Assembly: GCA_043228905.1 (NCBI GenBank)
Contig: JBHGNT010000006.1
Span: 3,038,001-3,102,000 of the forward strand
DNA from: Azolla caroliniana
Taxonomy: Eukaryota; Plantae; Polypodiophyta
Reading direction: 5' to 3'
Length of the DNA: 64,000 nucleotides
The position numbers were made by a program, and so were the translations under genes. How positions within the stretch are numbered: the first letter of the stretch is position 1; each line of letters begins with the position of its first letter. This document shows, piece by piece, positions 1 through 10,461 of this stretch. The notes beneath the pieces are model-generated. The model saw nothing but the letters and a program-made list of their open reading frames with translations. It did not search any database and was not told the origin of the DNA.

Positions 1-2154
1 TGTAGTTATGCTCTACAATGTGTGCAAAATGTTGGATACTTTAGCGAAACAAAATGAGGAGAAATGGGGACATGCCAAGTATTTTCACCCACACATCGTA
101 AGGACACAATAGTAGTCCTAAGTTTGTGTTGTGGTACTTAACTGTAAATATGTAGTGGGCAAAGGGCTTGTATGCTTAGGGGTTCAACTTATATCTAAGG
201 AACCATTAGTAGCAAAGGTGTCTATGTGCGATACTATGCTTTAGCTAAACTAATTAAATTTTACAAAATGTACATGCATGCAATCTTTAGTTCTTCCTCT
301 CTTTTAATTAGGAAGAGCTCCACGTAGTTCAAAAGCATGAGGATGATTGGGATCATAAAATGCCTTTAAGTTTTCATCACAATTATATCATATATTGATT
401 GCATTTTTTTGATCTAATGTAGGTGTGTGGTTCATGCATTGCCACCTTGAGTTCCATACAGCAGCTGGCCTCGCAGTGGCTTTTGTTGTTGAGAATGGGC
501 CTCGTCCTCAAGACAAATTGCTTCCACCGCCCAGTGACCTTCCAACTTGTTAGCCATGATTCCATTGATCACAGAGTTCCTTGCGAAGTTTTTTTCCATT
601 CATTATTGTTTAGGCCCATTGTTCATTTGTAATGGCTGCCATGGTCGCCACATACTCTTTCTATAATTGTGTGCATTGTTCTCATCCCTACAATGATTAT
701 ATTCATTGGAATGTTGTGTAATTAAAGTTACATTAATAAAATTATGTCAAATTTGTTTAAATGTTGGAGTGTAAAGTGCAATTGCATGAATGACAGGAAA
801 TCCTAATGTTTATTTGGTCCATGGTAGACCAATGTGTTAATGGAATTCTTAAAAACTCTAGTATTGATGCATTGACTTTTGTTAAGCATTGTCTTCTGAA
901 ATATTGGTGAATATGTACATTTAACCCTAGTTCTCTTGTACATTTAACCCTAGAGGGTATACATTCAAGAGGACTTTTTGGAGGGTTTTCTAGTATCACT
1001 CCGATTTGTGCATATTAAACTGCCATAATCATTTGACAATTAAAATATAAGTTCTTGATGTCTTAACATGCCATTAGGACAGCCATTATAATATTCAAAC
1101 TGAATGCCTGGCAAGATTGTTTGGGGTTGTTCTTGCTTGAAGCAACAATCAGGAGAAATTAATCAAACATAAGAGAACTACCATCCACCTCAACAAAGGA
1201 ATCTTTAAGATCAATTATGTATTGTCTCTCATAAATACGTTGGCCTCTACAAAGACTTAAAACATCCCTTTGTGTCTTTGTTTCTGTCATATGCCTTCAT
1301 GCAATTTGCAACTTCTTTTTGCACATCCCTTACACTTTACAATCTGAATGAGGAACATCTTAATGACAGAATTCATATCCATTTGGGTTAGTCGTTTTAC
1401 TAAAAATCAAACACAAAGGTGTTATGTCCATTTGGTAAGTTGTTTTACCTAGTATCATTCACAAAGGTGAGCAATAATTACTTACTCTATAGTCTGACAA
1501 GCAAAAATGAACACATAACTCAACTACAGATTAGACTAGATATGCATCGCGCACTTTGACTTTGCTGACTCCTTTTCTGGGAGAAAACCTGATTGCCAAG
1601 AAATATACTCATTGAATTGCAAATATAAGCTCTTATGTTGTTACTAACCAAGCACAAAACAATGGGTCAATGACTATATGCTTCAGTTTATTAGCCAGAA
1701 AATGGCATATACTAGTAAGGATATTGAAGTGTTACAGTAGAATACACACATGCACTACATGGGCCAAAATCCATGCATCCATACATGCATGCCCCTACAT
1801 GGGACAAATCCTCAAATTTAGAGAAATGTCATGAGAAAGAGAATGTCATGAAAACCTCCTTCATTATCATAGATATACTGATACTTCTGCAGTTTTTTGA
1901 TCCAATTCATACACCTAACTCCTATACAACATGGAGATCCATGAGCCTCGACGAGTGAGGACCCCAATTTACAAGAGGGTTAACACTGTTTCTAACAAGA
2001 GAGATCCTTGAGATTGTTTTCCTAGGAATAATAACTTTGTCCAGAATCTAGATCGGTTCCGAGAAATTACTCATATCTAGATTTACACCAACCAATATGC
2101 AATGCTAAGTTCAAGAATTAGATGAGATAGCAATGTTTTATTCAATAGACTCAA

Positions 2155-2262
2155 CTAACACCTAAGATCATAACTTTTGGAACAAATCCCTTCCAATCTC
2201 CCCTTGCCTAACACCTAAGCTCATAACTTTTGGAACAAAATCCCTTCCAATCTCCCCTTGCC
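2155..2262. repeat. Tandem duplication of about 54 bp downstream of the RING gene
   Basis: ctaacacctaag(a/c)tcataacttttggaacaaa(a)tcccttccaatctccccttgcc occurs twice head to tail. Confidence 0.85.
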
Positions 2263-2335
2263 ATTGATGTCAAAAAGAGAGAGTGAGAGGACCATTTCAG
2301 TGCTAATCATGGTCATCATGTCATGTAATTGATGT

Positions 2336-3946
2336 TCAATCCTCCTCTTTCTTTTGAGAGTTCATACCTGATGTTTCACTAGGGTCCACTTCACTGAAAT
2401 TCAAACTTTCATTATGTGCACTATGTACTGTTAAGCTTGAATTGTCGGCCACCACACATGGTCTATTGATTGGATCCCCAAGGCTCGAGTTTTTTCCATG
2501 TGGATTAACCAAAGATTCCATGGTATGCATGGTAGAGATTGTATCATCTGTGGGCATGAGTGGACTACAGATTGGATTGATAAGCTCATTTTTTCTGTGT
2601 CCATTCACAAAAGCTTCCACAGTTGGGATTGAATCCTCCATGGCCACAAGTGGCCTGACCATTGGATTGATGAGCTCATTTTCTCCATGTACATTTAAAG
2701 AAGAATCCACGTTATGGATGTTTGGGATCGATGAATCGGTGTCCAAATTTTGCATTGATCTAGAACTAGCAGTTTCATCACTTGGCCTATAGACTGAGAT
2801 TGGGCGACCTATATCCACAAGTGGCATATAGATTGAGCTGGAATGATCCTCAATTGGTCTATTTCGCGAGATAGTAGGATTGATCAATCTTGAAACCCCT
2901 CTAGAAGCTCTCTCACTGCTAATGTTACTATATACATATTGAACCTCATTGATATCGATTTGAGTCTCCAAAGGATGCTCTTCAATTTGAGAACCATCAT
3001 GGGTATATGGTGTTAACAAAACCTCATCTCGTCCAGACAATGAAGAGCTTATTTCCCTTTCTTCTTCATTGATTCTAGACGAGGAAGAATGATAGCTGGA
3101 ACGAGCATCATCGTACCTTGGATCATCGGTCGGCAATTCAAATCGACAAACAGGGCAAGAATTGTGTTGTTTTAGCCATGGAAGAATACAGTCTTTGTGG
3201 TAAAGGTGTCTACAGGGCATCTCTTTCACACCCATATCTAGTTCAAACTCATCTTTACAAACTGCACAATGTGTGGTTGTTTCCATACATAGGTGTTGTT
3301 TAGACACGACAACCGTGGGTAGATTCTGAACTGAAGATGAAGAAGCAGGTGGGCTTCCATACCTGTTCGAGACATTTTCTGCAATAAACTCATGGATTCC
3401 AGATCCAAGGTCATCCTCATCTTGCATATTATATGAAGGATCAAGATCATGGTCATAATCAGCGAAAAACCCATCATTTTGGACACTGAGGAGACCTTGC
3501 ATCTGGCTTTGGAAGAGAATGAATGGGTTCACTCCCGATACAACATCGGCCCGTGAGAGAAACGATGAGATGTCGTCGAGGATCTGGCCGAGAGCTCCCA
3601 TATAATCCCATGGAGACGATGACGATGAAGCAGAAGAAGAAGAAGAAGAAGAGGAAGAAGAAACAGAAGAAGAAAGATTGGATTCTTCTATGCATTCCTC
3701 TAGGAAGCCACCATGGCAATAAGGGCAAGTTAGTGGTGAGAAGCTTGAGGGGAGAACTGATGCATCACATTCATGGCAATGGAAGAATTGCTGCACAGAG
3801 AGAGGATCCATCAGAGAAGAAGAAGGAATGGAGGATTGAAAAAAGAAATGAAGAAAGAGAATTAAAGAAAGAAGAAGAATGAGGGAAAAAAACAGATGCA
3901 AAAAAAGGGTTACATTTTTTTGTTTTGTTTTGTATTGTGGTTCCAT
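2336..3946 (-). CDS. RING-H2 E3 ubiquitin ligase with N-terminal zinc ribbon (RING1/RNF126-like), intronless, with a repetitive C-terminal extension
   Basis: 536-aa ORF. Zinc ribbon CHEC...CPYCHGGFLEE, then PPAS motif, then RING-H2 CAVCKDEF...MPCRHLYHKDCILPWLKQHNSCPVCRFELP. The true start may be the Met at 3811 (MDPLSVQQ), because the first 45 codons overlap CT/CTT-rich 5'UTR-like sequence. Confidence 0.9.
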   Translation of the reverse strand: MEPQYKTKQKNVTLFLHLFFSLILLLSLILFLHFFFQSSIPSSSLMDPLSVQQFFHCHECDASVLPSSFSPLTCPYCHGGFLEECIEESNLSSSVSSSSSSSSSSASSSSSPWDYMGALGQILDDISSFLSRADVVSGVNPFILFQSQMQGLLSVQNDGFFADYDHDLDPSYNMQDEDDLGSGIHEFIAENVSNRYGSPPASSSSVQNLPTVVVSKQHLCMETTTHCAVCKDEFELDMGVKEMPCRHLYHKDCILPWLKQHNSCPVCRFELPTDDPRYDDARSSYHSSSSRINEEEREISSSLSGRDEVLLTPYTHDGSQIEEHPLETQIDINEVQYVYSNISSERASRGVSRLINPTISRNRPIEDHSSSIYMPLVDIGRPISVYRPSDETASSRSMQNLDTDSSIPNIHNVDSSLNVHGENELINPMVRPLVAMEDSIPTVEAFVNGHRKNELINPICSPLMPTDDTISTMHTMESLVNPHGKNSSLGDPINRPCVVADNSSLTVHSAHNESLNFSEVDPSETSGMNSQKKEED

Positions 3947-4104
3947 TTGTTTTCACTCAGTCAGTGGGCGAGATTCGAGCTCGAGACCTCTCTCACATAA
4001 TCCCATTCCATTTTGTCCGGTTTCACACTTGGGACCATTTTCCACCTTTAGTTGAGACTCCTCCCCTCGGGGGGGAGAATCTCCGGGTATCCGAATGCGA
4101 GAGT

Positions 4105-4347
4105 CTAAAAACCAGTTGCCAAAAGGATTATGGCCGAGTATCGTTACCGTGGATCGCATCTTTCCGATACAATTTCCCCTGATACCTCACTTGTATTATC
4201 CGCCCTAACTCCCTTAGTTGACAATGTAATCGGGAGCCTAAAAAACCAGTTGCCAAAAGGATTATGGCCGAGAGTCCTTACCGTGCATCCCATCTTTCCG
4301 ATACAATTTCCCTCGATACCTCACTTGTATTATCCGCCCTAACTCCC
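4105..4347. repeat. Direct repeat of about 110 bp (period about 133 bp) upstream of the RING gene
   Basis: aaaaccagttgccaaaaggattatggccgag...gatacctcacttgtattatccgccctaactccc at 4105-4213 and 4238-4347. Confidence 0.85.
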
Positions 4348-6843
4348 ACTCCAACTAGAAGACTCTGGAGAAACCCTCAGATTTGACTTTCTCCATCATA
4401 GTACCTCGAGAGTCTTCCAATCCCCTTCAATAATTCTTCAATGTTCCCCCCCTACACTATCGTGTGACAACATTACTTCGGAAATCGCCCGCCCCACCAC
4501 TAATTGAATGACAAGTTTTCAAAAAGTTTATGGATTAGCCTTCTTTTGTACTATACAACATGTCTTTGACGCTTTCTCCCCCTCCCCCCCATCCCAATAC
4601 AAAGAAGCTTTGACATTTGGACAAGTCCCCGTTGTCTGAGGAGCCTATGACATTAACATATATTTTCCCACACACAAGAAGTCTTCAACATCTTCCCACC
4701 ATCATTAGAGTCATACTAGGTGGACATTTGAAGTTATAATTTCCGACATATATGGGGGAGTTTTGCACATTCAACATTCCTCGCTATTCAAAAATGCATT
4801 TGATGTTTTCCCTGTTAAGATTAATCATGCATTACATATTGGGACCTTATGTTATGCACTTCTATGGGCAAGGATGGAGCATACCTCGATAGTGTACGGA
4901 GCAATTGCAAAGATGCTTTCCCTTCCTACGATTTCAATTTCCCACATTGTGAAAAGTTCTAGCATTTGTGAGCTACTCTAATCGAGGGCATTTCATATCT
5001 AAGTAGGCTTGATAGTGGAATGGGGATTGCTTACCTCGAAGTGGTTGGACATGGGATTTGTCTCACTATGATTTCCCATCGACTACACCTACCTACCTAT
5101 GTAGAGCCTCACTAGAAAACACACAAATTTGTTCACCATGATATGCCCAACATGAGGAAAAAGTGGGTCTTTACCACATGAACTTGCTCCTAGATATGTT
5201 TGTCGAGTATGTCATGCATACAACTCAAAATATGTTCAATGTTGTTGAGGGGAAGTGAGCTTTTACGGCCCATCCCCATTACAATACACATGCTAAATAT
5301 CCAAAGAATCTAACTAAAAAATCTCATAATGTTGCACATAGTTAGAAAACATGAGGGCTCTTTCCCTCACGGGAGAAGTTCTACAAATCACTAGTTTTCT
5401 ATTGAGATTGACGACAAATGACAAGAAAAGTATGCTAATGTGTAGCTTATTAATGTGTGCATGTGTGTGTGACATGGCCGGGGGGTTAATGCCAAGCAAA
5501 AGGTGCTAATATATAGCTTGTCACTTGTTAATTTCATACTTCACATATACTTAAAAATTGCCAAGTAAATGCTAAGCAAAATATGTTTAACATTTAGTAT
5601 TCTCACAAGGACAACTATTATTGATAAGGATTGATACCAACACATGGGGCACCTCTTAACAAAACTCGTCTTAAAACTTTAGGCCCAATGACCACCCAAA
5701 TGTGCAAGAGGGCAAACCTGCTTGTGAAAATCTATAAAAGTCACCTTTGGTGGCTTTTGTAGCTCTTCTTCTTCCTTCTTGATTTTGTTCTCTTCTCTTA
5801 ACCTAAGCTAGAGCTCTCTCCCCCTATTTTCTCAACTTTCAATTAAATTAATAGAGTACTTCAGGTTAAGCACTAATTAGCTATACCTTAATTACTCCTG
5901 TTGTATGCATGTCGTAGACTCTCATGTTAATGGATATGGGTTTCACATTAATACAAATGTTATTTGTCATTACATATATGCATGTATGCTTAAAGATCTT
6001 CCTCGGAGTTAACTAGTTTCTTAGTTAGGAGTTAATATGAGAGAATGAGAGTGAGAGATCATAGGTTAGGGTCATGAAACTAGAGGTTTGCAAGTGATTG
6101 ACAACCATTCTTGCCTGATTTGCTACCAAAAGGGTATACACAGTTTCAATACATGGGCTAACAATATCGGCGTAGAGGCAAAACATTGTCGATACATATA
6201 AATGTTCTTGATGTTGCACACCTTGAGACAAACCATTTTTCTCGAGTTAGGGACAAATTCTGATGCATGAAGCCCATCATGAGATTTCCATAAGCTCTTG
6301 AAGCAAGTTTTGGCATTCTTATAAGAGACCAAGAGGCTAATGTGTGGTTTGATTATTGAATCACTTGGATTTGAAGAGTTTTTGTTGTTTTAATTTATGC
6401 AATTTTTTGTTTTTCATTTTTTTTTGTTGGGGAGAAGGGCAATTAGTTGCCTCTGATTTCCCACCTTAACTTGCAATTGGTTAAATTCTAGGGAACCTCT
6501 TTTTAGCTCTAGTTTTTTAGTCCCAAATTTTCATTTTGATTTGATTTGAGTTGTTTTGTTTTGCACTCTTCTTTTTATTGCATATTTTTTGTCTTCATGT
6601 TTTATTTGGGTACCGGTTTTTTATTTTCGTACTATTATTTTCCATTTGGGTTTTTTACCTATTTATTGTCTACATTAGAAGTTAACTCCCCCACTTCTTT
6701 GGCACGAGATTCCTTTTAATCATAACTTCTAATAGTCAAGAACAAGACCATTTAGTAGTTTTTAATAGTTTTCTTACAAGTAATATTGTGAATATAAAAG
6801 GGCTACAATGGCCATGGTTAGAGGAACAAGTTGTGGATTGTCA

Positions 6844-9408
6844 GGGGGTTTATATGGTCATGTAAGGACAACCCGATGGCTGCCGCCAGAGTGTCATGGC
6901 ATTGGTTAACACAACCGTGGGCCAAAGGGGGGCTTGGCCTCATAGACCCCTTAATGCAAAACCGAGCATTGCTGGCCAAAATGGTGGTTCGATGCCTCCT
7001 GCCAGGTAAGGGGTGTTGGATGGTTCTACTTCGCAATAGGTTGCAGGCAGGGACTCCCAAGTATGGTAGGTCTGCCATGAAAATGCGGAGATTGATTGTT
7101 GAGGCAGTTGATAGGGTTCCGATGGGGGAGGTGAGAGAAGAAGCTTGGTTCGGTCTCTTTGATGAGGCTGGAATGGTTAAGTTGCTGAAGGGCATGAGCG
7201 GATCGGGAAGAGATACAATTTTTGGGGAGAGTTAGAGTAGGGGCTCTTGGCACCCTATCCGCGTGGTGGCGCAAGTTGGTAACACCTGGAAGACAGACCC
7301 AGATGTTGCTAAGGTGGAACCCCATTGGAAGTTATGGGTATATGGTTGTTGGCCCCTCGTCGAACTAGAATGGGATCCAGGGGATTTTAGGTGGAAACAT
7401 GATGGCAAATTTCTCCATTTCTTTGAGTACAACACTAAATTGGGCCGAACTTTTCAACTTCAGCTAGACGCCCCCTTATGCAATGGCTGGCGTACATTGG
7501 GCATCCTTGACGAGGTGCTCATTACCTTTTGGAAGGGTCTTTGGCGTCTCCACATGCCGGAAAAGATAAAGTTTTTTTGGTGGCAAATCGGTCATAATGT
7601 GGTTCCTGTTGGCGAATGGCTAGGTAAACGTAGCGACCCGTTAGGCTGCCCACTTTGTCATTCACCTATTGAGACCTTGAGGCATTGTCTGTGGGATTGC
7701 TCTCAAGCTCAAAAGGTATGGGATAGAGTGACTCGCCTCCTTGCAGTATGTAAAGTGGAAGGAACAACATCGTGGAGTGTTGCGGCATGGCTTGATCACT
7801 CCGTTGATAGGTGGACGGACGCCCTCAATGCTACGGACGCTCTTTGATTTGAGAGAGGCTTGCAGTCCGCATCCCCTAGATTCCCAGACATTTGGATGTT
7901 GATCGCAGGCTTCACCCTATGGTATGTATGGAAATCGCATTGCCTAAAGGTCTTTCAGAATATGGTGCGGCCCCCGGAGGAAGTGATAATGGTTTGCACT
8001 GATCAACTGCTTACGAGGGCAATTGGACGAGGTTTGCAGCCATTCCAATGACGTGGTTACTGCCCGTTGTCATGAAGATTTTCGGCAACGGTGTGAAAAT
8101 CACGTGGAATGGAGAAAATCGAGAAGGTGCAATGTGCACACGAATGAATGGGGCGATGGTTACACTCGTAGGGTAGCATGTTGTAAATATGAATAAAATG
8201 AGAAACCCTACGGCCTAGTAGCATTTTCGTGCATACCAAGGGTGCAAGTAAGGTTTGAACCTTGCACCTCTAAGTTAAGACACAATTGACTTACCATTAG
8301 GCTAAGTTGTTAGTTGTTGGACTTTCATCATTGTATTTTTCACATGTAATGCTCCTACATGAGAGCTTGAATGAGTGACATGGTCATCATGCATCACATG
8401 AGATGCATGAGCACCAAATGGAAATCATGCATTGCATGCATCTCATGCATTGTATGCATGTCTTACACCCTCACATGCATCATATGCATGGGGGCATCTA
8501 TATAAGAAAGAAAGGAAAGGAAAAGGGGGGATCAATCAATTTATGAATCTGTCAAATTATATATCAAATAAAAAATTATTAATAATAATAAACCGAGTCA
8601 TCTTATTGGTAATGTGTCTTGTTTCTCTAAATTGAAGTCAAGGGTTTAAACCTAGAATTGGAATTTCAGTCCGTCTATCTATCTATCTATGTTAAACACT
8701 TCTTCAATTTTCGTTTCTCTCTCTCTCTCTCTCTCACACTCTCAACCACATTAGTGCGTCACTACAGCTGCCTACACGTCAATCCACCGCACCATTGAGT
8801 CGGGTTCGGGTGCATCTTCGACAAAAAAGAACGATTCGATGAGAAACCTAAATGGCCAATTCCTTACGAGCACAACTCACCCGATTCGTTCTCCCCGGTC
8901 AAAGACCTCGATGGTCCCATTCGACCGACCTGTAGGCGCGGAAATCCCATCATCAATCCTCCATAACCACTAGCGGATAGAGGCCCGGTGCTTGTCTGCG
9001 CTTGTGACGTGCACATTACGACGTTTGGCATGTGTGTCACACGCCACGCGACACCGTTTGTGCTTTTGGCAGAAATGGCGGAACACGCTTATGCTGACAC
9101 AAGGAGGAAGTGGCTCGAGGTGGAACTACCAGCCCCCACGTTGGCTATTTCCAGCTCACTTACCACCCTCCCTTCGCTGTCGACCCCAGGAGGTGTCTCG
9201 TACTGGCCATTACTAAAGGGCACCATTTTTAGCTATAGGTACTTACATTAAGTAGTCAGTCCAAAAGGCGATGTAACTAGTCTCATTTTCTTGAACCTGA
9301 TCGGAGGGTGATTCCCCGTTCTATGTATAAGCCTCCTTGTACAAACTCTTTGTAATAATCCTTCCTAACTAATGGGAAATTAGTTTCATTTTGGAAAAGA
9401 AGAAGAAG
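6844..9408 (+). mobile_element. 5'-truncated L1-type LINE (LINE-Y) inserted in LINE-X
   Basis: ORF pieces GGLGLIDP, zf-RVT (CPLC...ETLRHCLWDC) and WNYQPPRWLFP. (GAA)n tail. 16-bp TSD AAGTTGTGGATTGTCA at 6828-6843 and 9409-9424. Confidence 0.85.
8068..9053 (+). mobile_element. Solo LTR (986 bp) related to the gypsy A/B/C family
   Basis: Termini TGTCATGAAGATTTTCG...CACGCGACA resemble the element C termini TGTCGTGAAGAATTTCG...ACGCGACA. 4-bp TSD CCGT at 8064-8067 and 9054-9057. Removing it restores the LINE reading frame VTARLCFWQKW. Confidence 0.85.
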
Positions 9409-10013
9409 AAGTTGTGGATTGTCAATTTGCTAATGATACAACCTTGTATTTGCAAGGCTCTAATGATAATCTTTCTAGAGTACAACAGGCTATCAATACA
9501 TTTTGCTATGCTTCTGGAACTGTTATTAATTGTAATAAATCGGTGGGGTTCTTGGTAGGTAACACAGTAAACCCTTTGTGGTATCCACAAGAAGGTTTTC
9601 AATGGATTCCGCATGGTAAAACCTATAAGATACTTGGGATGTCAGGTACGTATTAATCTCTCGCTAGAAGATCATGTAGCTCCTCTGTTGCTTGCTATAA
9701 GGAAGAAATTATTATATTGGAATACTGCTAAATTGTCATTGGCAGAAAGGGTTGTTGTTGCCAATCAAGTATTGTTCGCTTCCATGTGGTACATTTTATC
9801 GGCTTGGTTGTGCTCATGTTCTGCACTATTGCAAGTACAAAGGCTTATTAGAAATTTCCTTTGGGGATCTAAAGATTGTTCTTATGTGAGAGCCAAGGTA
9901 TCTTGGAAAGTTATTACAACTCCAAAAGACGAGGGTGGTCTTGGATTGATTGAGCATCTTTTACAATGTAAGGCTTTATTGGGAAATTTTATTATCAGGG
10001 GTTTGTCTCCTAG

Positions 10014-10461
10014 CGTCAAAATCAAGAGAGAAGGTAAAGTGATAGAAGAAAGATATAAAGAGATCACAAGAAGAGGAATGAAATGATAAGAGAAGAATGA
10101 ATGTATTAAAGTAGAATAAGAATGGATACAAGATAGGCGATGAGAGCTTAAGACTGGTGTTGATTCAAATTGGTTTTGAGAAGAATTGTATGTCCATATT
10201 TATAGGTTCCTATACAATAACCTAGTGATTTCTATAATGTTCTAGAATGTTCTAGACCTAGAATATTCTAAGATGTTCTAGGATATTCTAGAATGTTGTA
10301 GGATGTTCTAGAACATTTACAATATCCGTCTATTATAAGAAGTAGCTTTTATTATTTCATATAATTATATGTTATCTTAATGGTTAGATTCTTGATTATG
10401 TATTACAAGGTCTTGGGTTCAAGCCCAAGTGAAGCCACATAATGTTCACAGATTCATGACA
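10014..10461 (-). mobile_element. Solo LTR (448 bp) of an unrelated family inside LINE-X
   Basis: Termini cGTCAAAATC...GATTCATGACA. 5-bp TSD CCTAG/CTTAG with one mismatch. TTCTAGA repeats and a minus-strand TATA (cctataaat). Removing it restores LINE RGLSP-SGEPWKK. Confidence 0.75.

Noticed and set aside
383-1300. Short ORFs, possibly a transposase remnant
   Set aside because: Too degraded to assign without a search.
8241-8306. tRNA gene calls for the A/B-box units
   Set aside because: No convincing acceptor or anticodon stems were seen. Treated as tRNA-derived cassettes, not genes.
8092-8750. Alternative LTR boundaries TGTG...CACA with a PBS-like tail
   Set aside because: There is no matching TSD. 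Boundaries 8068-9053 give a TSD, family-type termini and restore the LINE frame.
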